A stretch of DNA of 64,000 nucleotides. Origin: Candidatus Komeilibacteria bacterium. Lineage in GTDB: Bacteria > Patescibacteriota > Patescibacteriia > UBA1558 > UBA10009. The notes below the pieces were generated by a model, which worked only from the letters and a program-made list of their open reading frames with translations, had not been told where the DNA came from and did no database searches. Location: positions 2,845-66,844 of the forward strand of contig JAUYIT010000017.1 in the NCBI GenBank assembly GCA_030688315.1, in the 5' to 3' direction. This document shows positions 20,118-30,067 of the stretch, piece after piece; within the stretch, counting starts at the first letter, position 1, and each line of letters opens with the position of its first letter. The position numbers and the translations under genes are program-made.

Positions 20118-21269
20118 ATGACTGAACCAAAAATAAAAATCGCTCAAGTGGTTAACACCTTTCCGCCCTATCGCGGCGGCATGGGCAATGTTTGTTATCA
20201 TTTGGCCGATCAGCTAAGCCGCTTGGGTTACGAAGTCACGGTTTTTACCCCGCGTTATCACTGGGACGAAGCAGATTTAGAAAGTTTTTTTAATATCCAC
20301 AAGCTGACGCCGCAATTTCAGTTTGGCAACTCGGCCATAGTTTTGCAGGCATTTTGGCGACTGCTAAAATTCCAGATCGTGCATTTTCATTATCCGTTTA
20401 TGGGCGCGGCTTTGGCGGTGATGCTGGCTAAGCTAGTTCGCGGCAAAAAAATGAAATTAATCGTTCATTACCATATGGACCTGGTGGGTCAGGGCTGGAA
20501 AAGCTGGGTTTACAAAATTTATAACGCGATTTTTTTAAAAAGTATGCTGGCCCGGGCCGATCAGGTGATTGCTACTTCCGAAGATTATTTGCGCAAGTCC
20601 TTGATTTATCCGCATTATTTAAAAAATCTGGACAAATTCACCATAGTTCCTAATGGCGTGGACATCAATTATTTTCAGCCAGCGCCAAAAAATCAGGGTT
20701 TGGTGGATCAGTATGGGCTAGCCGGTAAAAAAACAATTTTGTTTGTGGGGGCTTTGGATGCCCAGCATTACTTTAAGGGCGTTAACTATTTAATCAAGGC
20801 CGTGGAATTGCTCAAGCGGACGGACGTTAAATTGGTGATTGTGGGCGACGGAGATTTGCGGCCGATCTACGAAGACATGGCCGAATCGTACGGCCTGGCG
20901 GAGCGGGTAATTTTTACCGGTTATCTGCCTGATGCCCAGCTGGTTGATCATTATAATTTATGCGATATCTTTGTGTTGCCGTCTATTGATAAAAGCGAGG
21001 CCTTTGGCATGGTGCTGATTGAGGCCATGGCCTGCGCCAAGCCGGTGCTGGCTTCCAGTTTGCCGGGCGTGCGGGAAGTTGTGGAAGCCAAGGTTAACGG
21101 CCGCATTTTTAAGCCCAAAGATGTTAATAGTTTATCGTTACAGCTGACCTTTATGCTTAATGATACTGCCTTATGCCGAGAGTACGGTTTTAATGGCCGC
21201 GCCAAGGTGGAACAGCAATACAGCTGGGATAAAATTACCCAGAATTTGTTAAAAATATATTTTCCATGA
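20118..21269 (+). CDS. GT4 glycosyltransferase
   Basis: PPYRGGM, VPNGVD, KGV..L, EAFGMVLIEAMA. Confidence 0.92.
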   Translation: MTEPKIKIAQVVNTFPPYRGGMGNVCYHLADQLSRLGYEVTVFTPRYHWDEADLESFFNIHKLTPQFQFGNSAIVLQAFWRLLKFQIVHFHYPFMGAALAVMLAKLVRGKKMKLIVHYHMDLVGQGWKSWVYKIYNAIFLKSMLARADQVIATSEDYLRKSLIYPHYLKNLDKFTIVPNGVDINYFQPAPKNQGLVDQYGLAGKKTILFVGALDAQHYFKGVNYLIKAVELLKRTDVKLVIVGDGDLRPIYEDMAESYGLAERVIFTGYLPDAQLVDHYNLCDIFVLPSIDKSEAFGMVLIEAMACAKPVLASSLPGVREVVEAKVNGRIFKPKDVNSLSLQLTFMLNDTALCREYGFNGRAKVEQQYSWDKITQNLLKIYFP

Positions 21270-22450
21270 AATTTTGCCTAATAACTAATTTATATCCGCC
21301 TTACGTGCGAGGGGGTGCCGAGCGGGTAGTGGAATTACTGGTTCAGGGCTTAAGGGCTAGGGGCGAAGTTTTATTGATTACCACTCAGCCCGATGATATT
21401 TTAGACGATGCCACCGAAGAGGGTTTTGAAATTTACCGCATCAATCCCTTAAACAGCTATTATCTGTTGGATGAACAGCCGCGCTCGGTTTGGGATAAAA
21501 TCAAATGGCATTGGAGTGATTTTTTTAATCCCTGGGTGCAAAAAGAAATTTATCACTTGTTAAAAAAACGCCGGGTGGATGTGGTTTTAACCCATAACTT
21601 AAAGGGTCTAAGCTTAGGTCTGCCTAAAGTAATTAGAAAACTGGGTTTGCCGCACATCCATACTTTGCATGATTATCAGTTGTTGGAGCCGCACGGTTCC
21701 ATGTTTAGGTCCGGCCAAAACGTGGATTTAAAAGGAATGGCTTATGTTTTATACCGCTGGCTATCCCGTTATTTTTTTAAAAATCCTGGAGTGGTTATTT
21801 CACCTTCGCGCTTTGCTCTGGATTTGCATCTTAAGTACGGTTTTTTTAAAAAATCCAAGACAATGGTTTTGCCTAACCCCGCGGCCGGCCATGATCAGTT
21901 AAAAATAAAGCCGCGATTAACTTCTGATAAATTACGCTTGTTGTATCTTGGTCAGTTGGAACCGGCCAAAGGCGTGTTATGGCTGGCAGAGAATTTTAGC
22001 CAGTGGGATGATGCGCGGGTGGAGCTGACCATAGCCGGTGAAGGCAGCCAGCTGGCGGAAATAAAAAAAATGGCCGGTCCGCGAATTAAGGTTTTAGGCA
22101 AAGTAACTAGAGAAAATTTAGCCGAACTGTTTGCCCGGTGCGATCTGTTGGTTTTACCATCAATTTGGCAGGAAAATTCGCCTTTGGTAATTTACGAGGC
22201 CTATCAGCACGGCTTGCCTGTTTTAGTTGCTGACGCGGGCGGAGCCAAAGAATTGGTTAAGGAAGGTGAAACCGGCTGGGTTTTTAAAGCTAACAATCAA
22301 GCCGATTTGCTAGCCAAGCTCAAACTGGCTTTGGCTAAAAAAGATTCGCTGTCAGCCATGGGCCAGGCCGGCCGCGCTTATGTTCAGCAGTTTTTTTTGA
22401 ATAATTATTTGACTAAGTTAATCGCCTTATGCGAGAATTTGAAGAAATAA
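21266..22450 (+). CDS. GT4 glycosyltransferase
   Basis: YPPYVRGGAE, HTLHDY, GQLEPAKG, ENSPLVIYEA. Confidence 0.9.
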   Translation: MKFCLITNLYPPYVRGGAERVVELLVQGLRARGEVLLITTQPDDILDDATEEGFEIYRINPLNSYYLLDEQPRSVWDKIKWHWSDFFNPWVQKEIYHLLKKRRVDVVLTHNLKGLSLGLPKVIRKLGLPHIHTLHDYQLLEPHGSMFRSGQNVDLKGMAYVLYRWLSRYFFKNPGVVISPSRFALDLHLKYGFFKKSKTMVLPNPAAGHDQLKIKPRLTSDKLRLLYLGQLEPAKGVLWLAENFSQWDDARVELTIAGEGSQLAEIKKMAGPRIKVLGKVTRENLAELFARCDLLVLPSIWQENSPLVIYEAYQHGLPVLVADAGGAKELVKEGETGWVFKANNQADLLAKLKLALAKKDSLSAMGQAGRAYVQQFFLNNYLTKLIALCENLKK

Positions 22451-23322
22451 TCGAGTTTATAAAAACCAAGTCACAAAATTCCCAGGGAGTTTTTTTGTAT
22501 TTACCCAACTTGACCGATTTTCAAAAACAGGAAATGGAGTTTCACGATGCCATTCATCAGGATGAGATAGAGGTTCATCAATTGAACGCCTTAAGAAACG
22601 TTTATTATCATAATTATTTCAAGAAGTTTTTATATCGCTTACCCAAAAGTTCGGTAATTTTGGAAGTTGGCTCCGGCAGCGGTTATGATTTGTTTTCGGT
22701 TTTGGAACAGGGTTATAATCTGATTGCTTCCGATATCAGCCCGGCTTCCGTTGGGTTTATTAAAAAACAGGTTGACGTTAGGTTCAGTTTATTAGCCGAT
22801 AAAATAATATATTTGGTGGCGGACGGACAAAATCTGCCTTTACCTGATAATTCGGTTGACGCGGTTTTTCTGGTGGCTTGTTTGCATCATTTTGAAAATC
22901 AGCACTCGGCTTTAACCGAAATCGCCCGCGTGCTTAAACCGGGCGGACAGATTATTTTGGCCATGGAGCCGTCTAGATTCATGATGTGGTTTACCAAGTT
23001 ATTCAGCTCCGCCAAAGGATTACGGATCCATGACGGCCATTCCGAAGCTGATGAAACCCATCCCGGTTACGGTAGAAGCGATTGGGAAAAAATAATCGCT
23101 GATAATCCTTTATCAATGGTCAGGTTAAAAAGGGTCTGGCTGTTACAAGGTTTTTTGCATTATGGTCTTGAAGCCCTGTTTAGAATTTTTAAATTAAAAA
23201 AGAGGATTAAACTTCCTCTCTTTATTGAATGGCCATTATTAATAATTGACGAGCTTCTCTTAAAAATCCCCATCATCAATCAACTCAATTGGCATTGGAT
23301 AGCGGTTATTTCTCGTATTTAA
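22429..23322 (+). CDS. Class I SAM-dependent methyltransferase
   Basis: ILEVGSGSG, DIS, ADGQNLP..DNSVD, EIARVLKPGG. Confidence 0.9.
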   Translation: MREFEEIIEFIKTKSQNSQGVFLYLPNLTDFQKQEMEFHDAIHQDEIEVHQLNALRNVYYHNYFKKFLYRLPKSSVILEVGSGSGYDLFSVLEQGYNLIASDISPASVGFIKKQVDVRFSLLADKIIYLVADGQNLPLPDNSVDAVFLVACLHHFENQHSALTEIARVLKPGGQIILAMEPSRFMMWFTKLFSSAKGLRIHDGHSEADETHPGYGRSDWEKIIADNPLSMVRLKRVWLLQGFLHYGLEALFRIFKLKKRIKLPLFIEWPLLIIDELLLKIPIINQLNWHWIAVISRI

Positions 23323-25429
23323 AAATGTAGTTTTTACCGTCAATGGCCTGCCAGTCATCGGCGGTTTCTTGTTGTTCGGCAATAACATCAGAGGCGTTAA
23401 GCCAGTAATCATTGATCACAAAATAAACATCGTTAACGCCGGTTAAAAAGCGGACCGTGCCAATTACTTCAGCCACCGGCGTTTTGGCGTAAGCCAGTTC
23501 CTCGTACAGGCCATAGAGGCGGCCGCCGGTGGGAACGGGGTAAAAAAAGAGGTTGTTGTAATAGTATTTAAAGCCCAGTTCTTTGAGGGCGGCCGCCGAA
23601 ACCGGCTGGGCAGCCAGCACCACATACGGCCGGTTGCGTTGGATAGTTTCAATAAAGTTGACGGTTTTAACATCAGTTAAAGACGTGGAGTAACCATGAT
23701 CTTCGGTAATTTTATCCACCCGCGGATACGAAAGATACCAGGAAAAAGTCATGGCCATGGCCAACAGAGTTAACGATAAAATAATCACCGGCCGCGACTG
23801 TTCATTAAGTTTTTTAAAAAACAGGTATAGCACAATCAAAATAAAAGGGGAGAGCAGATACAAACTGATTTCCAGAACACGATTAGGATAATTTATCTGT
23901 TCGTACGAAACCAAAGAGAAAAAGGAAACCATAGCTTTAAGTAGCAGGTAGTTGCCGGCTACCATTAAAAAACCTAAAAAGTAGGCAAAGTATTTTTTAA
24001 ACTGCTGATGGCGCCAGACAAAAATCAATCCCAAGGTTGATAGGATAAATAACAGTAAAACGATGTTTTTGCCGTAGGTATAAATCAAATCAGCCAAAGA
24101 AATAAAGGGCCTAAAATAAAAATCAGGCGGGTGGCTAAACACCAGTTCGCTCAACTTGGCCAGCCAGTTGGTTTGCAAGCCCACCTTAAGTTCGGATAAT
24201 GTCAGTGAGTTGACTATAAAAGCGACCGGCAGGGCAAGGATTCCCAAAATGGCAATTTCCCATAAAATGGACTGGTGCAGAATTTTAGGCAAATTGCTTG
24301 TCCCCGTCAGGGGGAATTTTTGCTGGCGGTGCTGGTAAAAAGCCATAATCACAAAAAAGAAAAATACCGGAATGCCGGCCAAAGGATGAATGGTTAAGGC
24401 CATCAACACTAATAAGCCCAGCGGCCATAACGATACCTTAGGATGATTGATGTAATAAAGCGACAGTAAAATCGCCAGCAAACAGAATAAATTGGCCGTG
24501 GCTTGAGGGGTGGTTACAATCAAGCCCGCAAAGGGGAATAACAATAAGCTTAAGGCGGTTAAAACCACGTTTTGCGGAATGGTTTTAAAATTATCTTTAA
24601 AAGCGTAATAAATGGTGGCGGGCAAATAAATCGCGGCCATAATTGGGATCAGTAGTTTATCCAGCCAGTCAACGGAAACCAACAGCAAACGGTGCAAAAA
24701 AATAATCAAACTGTATTGGCCGATGTAATAAAAGGGTTTAGGCAGTAACGTGCCGTCGCGCAGAATCAAATCCAAATTTAAACGGTGGATAAACGGGTCG
24801 TAATCAAAGCCCAGGCGGTAAATTATTAAAGCCACGCTAAAGCTGATTAAAGCATGCAGGCACACTAGCCAAAGAGTGCTGGCTGTTTTAGCCAGTTTAA
24901 CCAGACAGAACAACAAAAATGTGGCAAAAAAATATAAAAAGAAGATTTTAGCATCAATTACTTCCCACGGACTGCGAATCGCCCGGTCAGTTTGCGCGGA
25001 TTGCAATAAGTAAAAAATAAGACCCACAAACAATAAATAGGTCAGGGCCAAAAAAATCACCTTAACCCGCGGCAGTTCAAATTTAAAGTTAATATTGATG
25101 ATCAATGGGTGTTTTTTAACACCCAAGAGGGCAAATAGGGCTACGCCCGTTAAAGCGGCCGCATAGGCCTGGTAATCCAATTGCCATAAATAAAAACAGG
25201 CCGTGCCCACCAATGAGGCAATCACCACGCTGAACAACAAGCCGTAAATAAATTTGCAAACCCAGGAATTTTTTAAAAACAGCCAGTTGCCAATGGCCAA
25301 AGCGGCCAACAATAAAAACAACGCTCCGCTTAAAGTGTTCAACCATAGCCAAGTCCAGCTGGCATTGTTGACCACGCTTAAAATCAGCAAGGTCAAAATT
25401 AGTTTCCAATGGTTAAAGGTAAAAAACAT
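23306..25429 (-). CDS. Polytopic membrane protein, possibly a GT-C-like glycosyltransferase
   Basis: 707 aa with many TMs; loop motif FDYDPFIH; soluble C-terminal domain. Confidence 0.65.
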   Translation of the reverse strand: MFFTFNHWKLILTLLILSVVNNASWTWLWLNTLSGALFLLLAALAIGNWLFLKNSWVCKFIYGLLFSVVIASLVGTACFYLWQLDYQAYAAALTGVALFALLGVKKHPLIININFKFELPRVKVIFLALTYLLFVGLIFYLLQSAQTDRAIRSPWEVIDAKIFFLYFFATFLLFCLVKLAKTASTLWLVCLHALISFSVALIIYRLGFDYDPFIHRLNLDLILRDGTLLPKPFYYIGQYSLIIFLHRLLLVSVDWLDKLLIPIMAAIYLPATIYYAFKDNFKTIPQNVVLTALSLLLFPFAGLIVTTPQATANLFCLLAILLSLYYINHPKVSLWPLGLLVLMALTIHPLAGIPVFFFFVIMAFYQHRQQKFPLTGTSNLPKILHQSILWEIAILGILALPVAFIVNSLTLSELKVGLQTNWLAKLSELVFSHPPDFYFRPFISLADLIYTYGKNIVLLLFILSTLGLIFVWRHQQFKKYFAYFLGFLMVAGNYLLLKAMVSFFSLVSYEQINYPNRVLEISLYLLSPFILIVLYLFFKKLNEQSRPVIILSLTLLAMAMTFSWYLSYPRVDKITEDHGYSTSLTDVKTVNFIETIQRNRPYVVLAAQPVSAAALKELGFKYYYNNLFFYPVPTGGRLYGLYEELAYAKTPVAEVIGTVRFLTGVNDVYFVINDYWLNASDVIAEQQETADDWQAIDGKNYIFKYEK

Positions 25430-25477
25430 CTTCTTTATTTTAACATAAAAATGGCATTTTGGGCAGTTTGCCGCGTG

Positions 25478-25506
25478 TTGAAAAATAACCTATAAATTGG
25501 TATAAT
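25478..25506 (+). promoter_or_regulatory. sigma70-type promoter
   Basis: TTGAAA-17 bp-TATAAT. Confidence 0.6.
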
Positions 25507-25517
25507 TTGTATAACTT

Positions 25518-25584
25518 TATAAGCGACATAGAGCGAGTGAAGCAAAAAAGTAAACTTTTTTGCTTCCGAGCCGAGGAGCTTATA
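25518..25584 (+). repeat. Hairpin element with tandem GA/GA internal loop (copy 2), in a 5' UTR
   Basis: GC-GA-G-t-[GAAGCAAAAAAGT AA ACTTTTTTGCTTC]-C-GA-GC with outer arms TATAAGC / GCTTATA. Confidence 0.7.
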
Positions 25585-25593
25585 TGTACTCAT

Positions 25594-27234
25594 ATGGTTT
25601 ATTGGTTTAAAAAAATTAAGATTGATTGGGGTCTGCTTGTTGTAATTTTGTTAGGACTGCTTTTTTTATGCACCTATTCATATCTTGCTCGCCAACTGCC
25701 CGCTGATTGGTCGAACGACCCCAAATTGATTTTAAATTCGCCCGATGAAACAGCCAATTTGTTTTTTGCCAGACATTTCGCAGAAACAGGCAGTTTATCA
25801 TTTACTGACCCAGCCAATACCATTGCCGGCGAATTGGTCAGCCCGCGCAGTATGCGGGTGATTAACGGCCAAACCGTGCCCGCCGGCTTTATCGGTTTGC
25901 CTATTGTTTATGGAACATTAGCCAAAGTTTTTGGCTTAAACGCCATCCCGCTTTTTACCCCGATTTTAGCCATAATCGGGATTATTTTTTTCTACCTGAT
26001 AGTTAAAAAATTATTCGGGCACCAAGCGGCCTTATGGTCGTCCGTTTTTGCTTATGTTTTACCGGCTTATTGGTATTACAGCGCCAAAGGCCTAATGCCT
26101 AACATCGCTTTTTTGGTATTTTTTATTATTTCTTTGTATTTTTTCCTTCAATCGCTTGACCAAAAAAAGTTATTTTATTATCTGTTCTTCGGCGTATTTT
26201 TGGGATTAAGTTTAATGATCAGAACTTCGGAAGTTGTTTGGCTCGGTCCGTTGTTTTTACTTTTGACTTTGTTTAACCTTAAAAGAGTTAGTTGGCTTTA
26301 TTTGTTTTGTTCGGTGGTTATGGCGATCTTGTTTTTTACGCCGGTATTGTATTTTAACCAACAGATTTACGGCTCGCCTTTATCCGTCGGTTACTCCTTA
26401 AATAATTTATTGGTTGGACAAACTCCGGTTGAACAGGGGCTTTCGGTGGTCAAACAGATTTTTTTGCCTTTTGGAGCCGATTTTAAAACTTCAGCCATTA
26501 ATTTTTATCACTACACTTACGTTTTATTCCCATTGTGGACAATTTTAGCAGCCGTCAGTTTTTTGCTTTCCATCTTCCTGTTTATTGTTCAAAAAAAATG
26601 GCGATTGTTGGCCTATGCCGGCTTATTCCTTTTATTTAGCGCGTATTTAATTGTTTATTATGGCAGTTGGAGGTTTAACGATAATCCCGATCCAAATGCC
26701 GTTACCATCGGTACGTCTTACGCCAGATACTGGTTGCCGATTTATTTGTTCAGTTTGCCTTTTATCGGCTGGTTCATTTCAAATTTGTTGAAAAAATTTA
26801 CCATTGCCAAACCCGCTTTTGGAATTTTTCTTTTCACTTGTTTATTCTTAGTCAGTTATCCCACCGTCATGCTGGGCTCGCAAGAGGGGGTTTATCAGGT
26901 GGCAAAAAATTTAGAGGAATACCAACGCTTGGGCCAGTCGGTTTTTGATAAAACTGAAGCTAATGCCATAATTATCGCCGGTCGGCTGGATAAAGTTTTT
27001 TTTCCGGTCCGTTCGGTGATTTTTAAATTAAACAATAGCGGGGATTATGATAGAATAAAAGGATTAGTTGAAGGCGGTTATCCGGTTTATTATTTTGATT
27101 TTACTTTACAGCCGGCTGACGTAGCGTATCTTAATCAAACCGTTTACTCCGCTTATGGTTTAAATTTAAGCGATGAACTGCTTAAATTTGGTAAGCAAAG
27201 TTTGTTTCAGATTAAGTTGAAAAGCAATTTGTAA
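25594..27234 (+). CDS. GT-C (ArnT/PMT-like) membrane glycosyltransferase
   Basis: SPDE acidic motif in the first loop, many TMs, RYWLP motif; start moved to ATG 25594 because the upstream part is the hairpin element. Confidence 0.8.
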   Translation: MVYWFKKIKIDWGLLVVILLGLLFLCTYSYLARQLPADWSNDPKLILNSPDETANLFFARHFAETGSLSFTDPANTIAGELVSPRSMRVINGQTVPAGFIGLPIVYGTLAKVFGLNAIPLFTPILAIIGIIFFYLIVKKLFGHQAALWSSVFAYVLPAYWYYSAKGLMPNIAFLVFFIISLYFFLQSLDQKKLFYYLFFGVFLGLSLMIRTSEVVWLGPLFLLLTLFNLKRVSWLYLFCSVVMAILFFTPVLYFNQQIYGSPLSVGYSLNNLLVGQTPVEQGLSVVKQIFLPFGADFKTSAINFYHYTYVLFPLWTILAAVSFLLSIFLFIVQKKWRLLAYAGLFLLFSAYLIVYYGSWRFNDNPDPNAVTIGTSYARYWLPIYLFSLPFIGWFISNLLKKFTIAKPAFGIFLFTCLFLVSYPTVMLGSQEGVYQVAKNLEEYQRLGQSVFDKTEANAIIIAGRLDKVFFPVRSVIFKLNNSGDYDRIKGLVEGGYPVYYFDFTLQPADVAYLNQTVYSAYGLNLSDELLKFGKQSLFQIKLKSNL

Positions 27235-27235
27235 A

Positions 27236-28735
27236 ATGAAAACATTTTTTAACAATCTTTATCAAGTCAGCCGAGTGATTATCATTATTGTTCCTTTTAT
27301 TGTCCTTGGTTGGCTGATAAAAAAGGATCTGGCACTAAGCGGTCATTTGGAATTCAACTATGATTTTAACCAGGACTCGCCGGTTATTACCAACTTGTTT
27401 CCGGCCAACCGTTTGACCCAAGTCAATTTTGACCAAACTTCAAAACAGCATTGGCAGACCGTGATTCAGGAACCGGTTTATTTTGAAGCGCGTTTGCCGC
27501 AAAAGTTTGATACGGCCAGAGTGGAGGTTGTATATCAAAATCAGAACCAGCCCCTGATTCAAATGGGTTTAAGAACCCTCGGCAATGACGAATGGAATTA
27601 CAATTTTAAGCCCTTGGAAAATCAGTTATTGGACAAGCTGGATTGGTTCAAATTAACTGACGAACAGGGTACTATCTGGCAGAAAAAGAAAAATTTTTTA
27701 ACCCGGGAGCAGTTTACAGCAGCCGTGCCTTCGCTAAACAATCTGGCCGCTTATGATTACGCCTTGCCCAGAAAATTCTTTTTGCCCAATTACCGTCCGT
27801 CCAACGAGGAGCGGGTTATAACCAAGGCCTTGCGCGGTTCGCATAGTTTTTATACTTACTTAAAAAATGAAACCCTGGATTTTACTTTTATCATCCAGGA
27901 TATTAACCGCACGCTTGGGCCGGATATGTTTGTTGTGGAAGTTTACAACGAAGCCAATAAAAAAGTTTATGACGCCAAACTTAAAGATGACGGCACAGTT
28001 AATAATTTTGACGGCTCAACGCCCCGCCGTGATTTAGCCGTTAAAGTGGCTGGTTTGCCTGAAGGCGTGTACCGTTTGGAACTTAAGGCCGAAGATGATA
28101 TTTTTATCAGAACAATCAGAACCAAGCAACAGTATGTAACTTTTATCAACCGTTTGTATTTGGTTGATAATCCCGAGTATTCGGACGGTTTTTTGGACTT
28201 AACTTATCAGCCGACCGCGATTTACAGCAATATTCCGCGTTTGGGTTTTTACACTTCGCATCCGCAGGGTTTGCAGACCGTGGGCATTAATAAAGATCAG
28301 AGTGTTGAACTAATTGCCACCCACCAGAATTATTTTATTACGGCCAACAGTTTGCCGGCAATTGTTTACTCGCCCAAAAACGATCTTAAAATTTTCGGCC
28401 GGGGCTTAATGGCCTTTTCGCAAGACATGTTTTTTAATCCGGAAATTTACAGTTTGCGCGATTTAACTTTAACGCCGGATATTGAATACATTATCAGTTC
28501 CTATCAAACGCCCGCGCCGCTCGAGCATGGTTGGAAAAAGGGTCAGGTAACTTTTTCTTTGCAAAACGCCCAGATCGTTAACCGCAAATTGCGCTTTGGC
28601 TTAAGCGCGCCGGAAATGAATACGGCTCATGACCTTATTCCCATCCAAAGCATAAAAATTATTTTTGACCGCCAACCAATGAGTTACAGCGAGCTGTTTC
28701 AGAAAATAATTAAATACATTAAAGATAGGATTTAA
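27236..28735 (+). CDS. Hypothetical membrane-anchored extracellular protein
   Basis: N-terminal TM then a beta-rich soluble region, 499 aa. Confidence 0.7.
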   Translation: MKTFFNNLYQVSRVIIIIVPFIVLGWLIKKDLALSGHLEFNYDFNQDSPVITNLFPANRLTQVNFDQTSKQHWQTVIQEPVYFEARLPQKFDTARVEVVYQNQNQPLIQMGLRTLGNDEWNYNFKPLENQLLDKLDWFKLTDEQGTIWQKKKNFLTREQFTAAVPSLNNLAAYDYALPRKFFLPNYRPSNEERVITKALRGSHSFYTYLKNETLDFTFIIQDINRTLGPDMFVVEVYNEANKKVYDAKLKDDGTVNNFDGSTPRRDLAVKVAGLPEGVYRLELKAEDDIFIRTIRTKQQYVTFINRLYLVDNPEYSDGFLDLTYQPTAIYSNIPRLGFYTSHPQGLQTVGINKDQSVELIATHQNYFITANSLPAIVYSPKNDLKIFGRGLMAFSQDMFFNPEIYSLRDLTLTPDIEYIISSYQTPAPLEHGWKKGQVTFSLQNAQIVNRKLRFGLSAPEMNTAHDLIPIQSIKIIFDRQPMSYSELFQKIIKYIKDRI

Positions 28736-28745
28736 TCGACTAAAC

Positions 28746-28790
28746 CGTCATTGCGAGGAGTCGAGCTTAGCTCGACGACGAAGCAATCTC
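28746..28790 (+). repeat. GTCATTGCGAG...GCAATC-type palindromic repeat (GA-loop element copy 3)
   Basis: ATTGC-GAG-GA-[GTCGAGC TTA GCTCGAC]-GA-C-GAA-GCAAT; resembles a widespread REP/RPE-like repeat. Confidence 0.75.
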
Positions 28791-28799
28791 GATGAATTT

Positions 28800-29198
28800 A
28801 TGAGTAGACAGTTTAACAGTTTCATTAAGTACCTTGGCGAATACATCGCCAATATCAGCCCGACGTTTTTTATTGTTTCGTCGCTTTCTTTTATTGTTTA
28901 TTTTGCTTTGGAAAATTTTAAAGTCGGCTTAATCAGTAATTATTTTGATTTGAATTTATTAATGCTGGTGGCGCTGGCTAGCGGCCTAGTGGCCATCTTT
29001 TATTATGAAAACAGGGCTAACCTAAGCGGAAAAAATAAGCCCTATCTCTTTAGCTTGTTCTTTGCTATAATTTTAGGACTGTTTTTGGCTAAATACCTGG
29101 CTGATTTTGGTAAAATCGGCCTGTTTACGGCCGTTTGCGGTTCAATCAGCGTTTATCTCATAATTGATCAAATGTATGATTCACGGCGTCAAAATTAA
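28800..29198 (+). CDS. Small hypothetical membrane protein (about 4 TM)
   Basis: Hydrophobic segments; in operon context. Confidence 0.65.
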   Translation: MSRQFNSFIKYLGEYIANISPTFFIVSSLSFIVYFALENFKVGLISNYFDLNLLMLVALASGLVAIFYYENRANLSGKNKPYLFSLFFAIILGLFLAKYLADFGKIGLFTAVCGSISVYLIIDQMYDSRRQN

Positions 29199-29652
29199 AG
29201 AATTAAAGCCCATTACCGATGGAAGGGGTTTGTTAATGGAGTTTTTGCGTGATGATGATGAAGTGTTTGAAAAATTCGGTCAGGTTTATCTCACGTTAGT
29301 CAAAAGGGGAACGGTTAAGGCCTGGCATTTTCATGAACTGCAAGATGATTATTTTATTTGCGTGGAAGGCAAGGCGTTGGTGGCGCTGTATGATATGCGT
29401 AAAGATTCACCAACCTACGGCGAGGCGCAGGATTTTGTTTTGTCAGCTCCGGAAGTTGAAGGCGATCATTTGTTAGTTAAAATCCCCAAAGGCGTGGCGC
29501 ATGGTTTTACGGCCGTTGAATGCGATCAGGCCAAAATCGTCAATGTGCCCACGATGCATTACAATTACGATCAGCCCGACGAAATCCGCTTCCCTTGGAA
29601 TGATCCGAATATTAATTATCAGTGGCCCGCTGAAGTTAAAAGTGGTGGCTAG
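29176..29652 (+). CDS. rmlC: dTDP-4-dehydrorhamnose 3,5-epimerase (RmlC-like cupin)
   Basis: DGRG, KAWHFH, DMRKDSPTYG, IPKGVAHGF; start at ATG 29176. Confidence 0.85.
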   Translation: MIHGVKIKELKPITDGRGLLMEFLRDDDEVFEKFGQVYLTLVKRGTVKAWHFHELQDDYFICVEGKALVALYDMRKDSPTYGEAQDFVLSAPEVEGDHLLVKIPKGVAHGFTAVECDQAKIVNVPTMHYNYDQPDEIRFPWNDPNINYQWPAEVKSGG

Positions 29653-29662
29653 TAAAAAATAT

Positions 29663-30067
29663 ATGGACTGTATTTTCTGCAAAATAATTGAAGGGGAATT
29701 GCCGTGCTATAAGGTTTATGAGGATAAGCGTGCCTTGGCGTTTTTGGATATCAATCCCGTCAACAAAGGTCATGTGTTGATTGTTCCCAAGGAACATCAT
29801 CGTAATTTTTTGGATTTGCCCAAGGATTTGCTAAAGGATTTAACCTCCTTGGCGCAGGATTTGGCGCAGAACATTATGGACGGCGTAGGAGCCACGGCCT
29901 TTAATTTAACCGCCAACAACGGCAAGGAAGCCGGCCAGCAGGTGGAACATTTCCATTGGCATGTTATTCCGCGCTTTGCCAACGATCATTTGCATCATTG
30001 GCCGGGCAAAACTTTTTCGGACGAGGAAATGAAAAGATTTACCATGACTATTAGAAAATCAATATGA
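29663..30067 (+). CDS. HIT family nucleotide hydrolase
   Basis: MDCIFCKII, AFLDINP, GHVLIVPK, HFHWHVIPR triad; start at ATG 29663. Confidence 0.93.
   Translation: MDCIFCKIIEGELPCYKVYEDKRALAFLDINPVNKGHVLIVPKEHHRNFLDLPKDLLKDLTSLAQDLAQNIMDGVGATAFNLTANNGKEAGQQVEHFHWHVIPRFANDHLHHWPGKTFSDEEMKRFTMTIRKSI

Noticed and set aside
24291-24320. Small hairpin TCCCC-GTCAG-GGGGA inside the membrane-protein gene (possible in-frame insert)
   Set aside because: A 5-bp stem is too short to distinguish from chance without ortholog alignment
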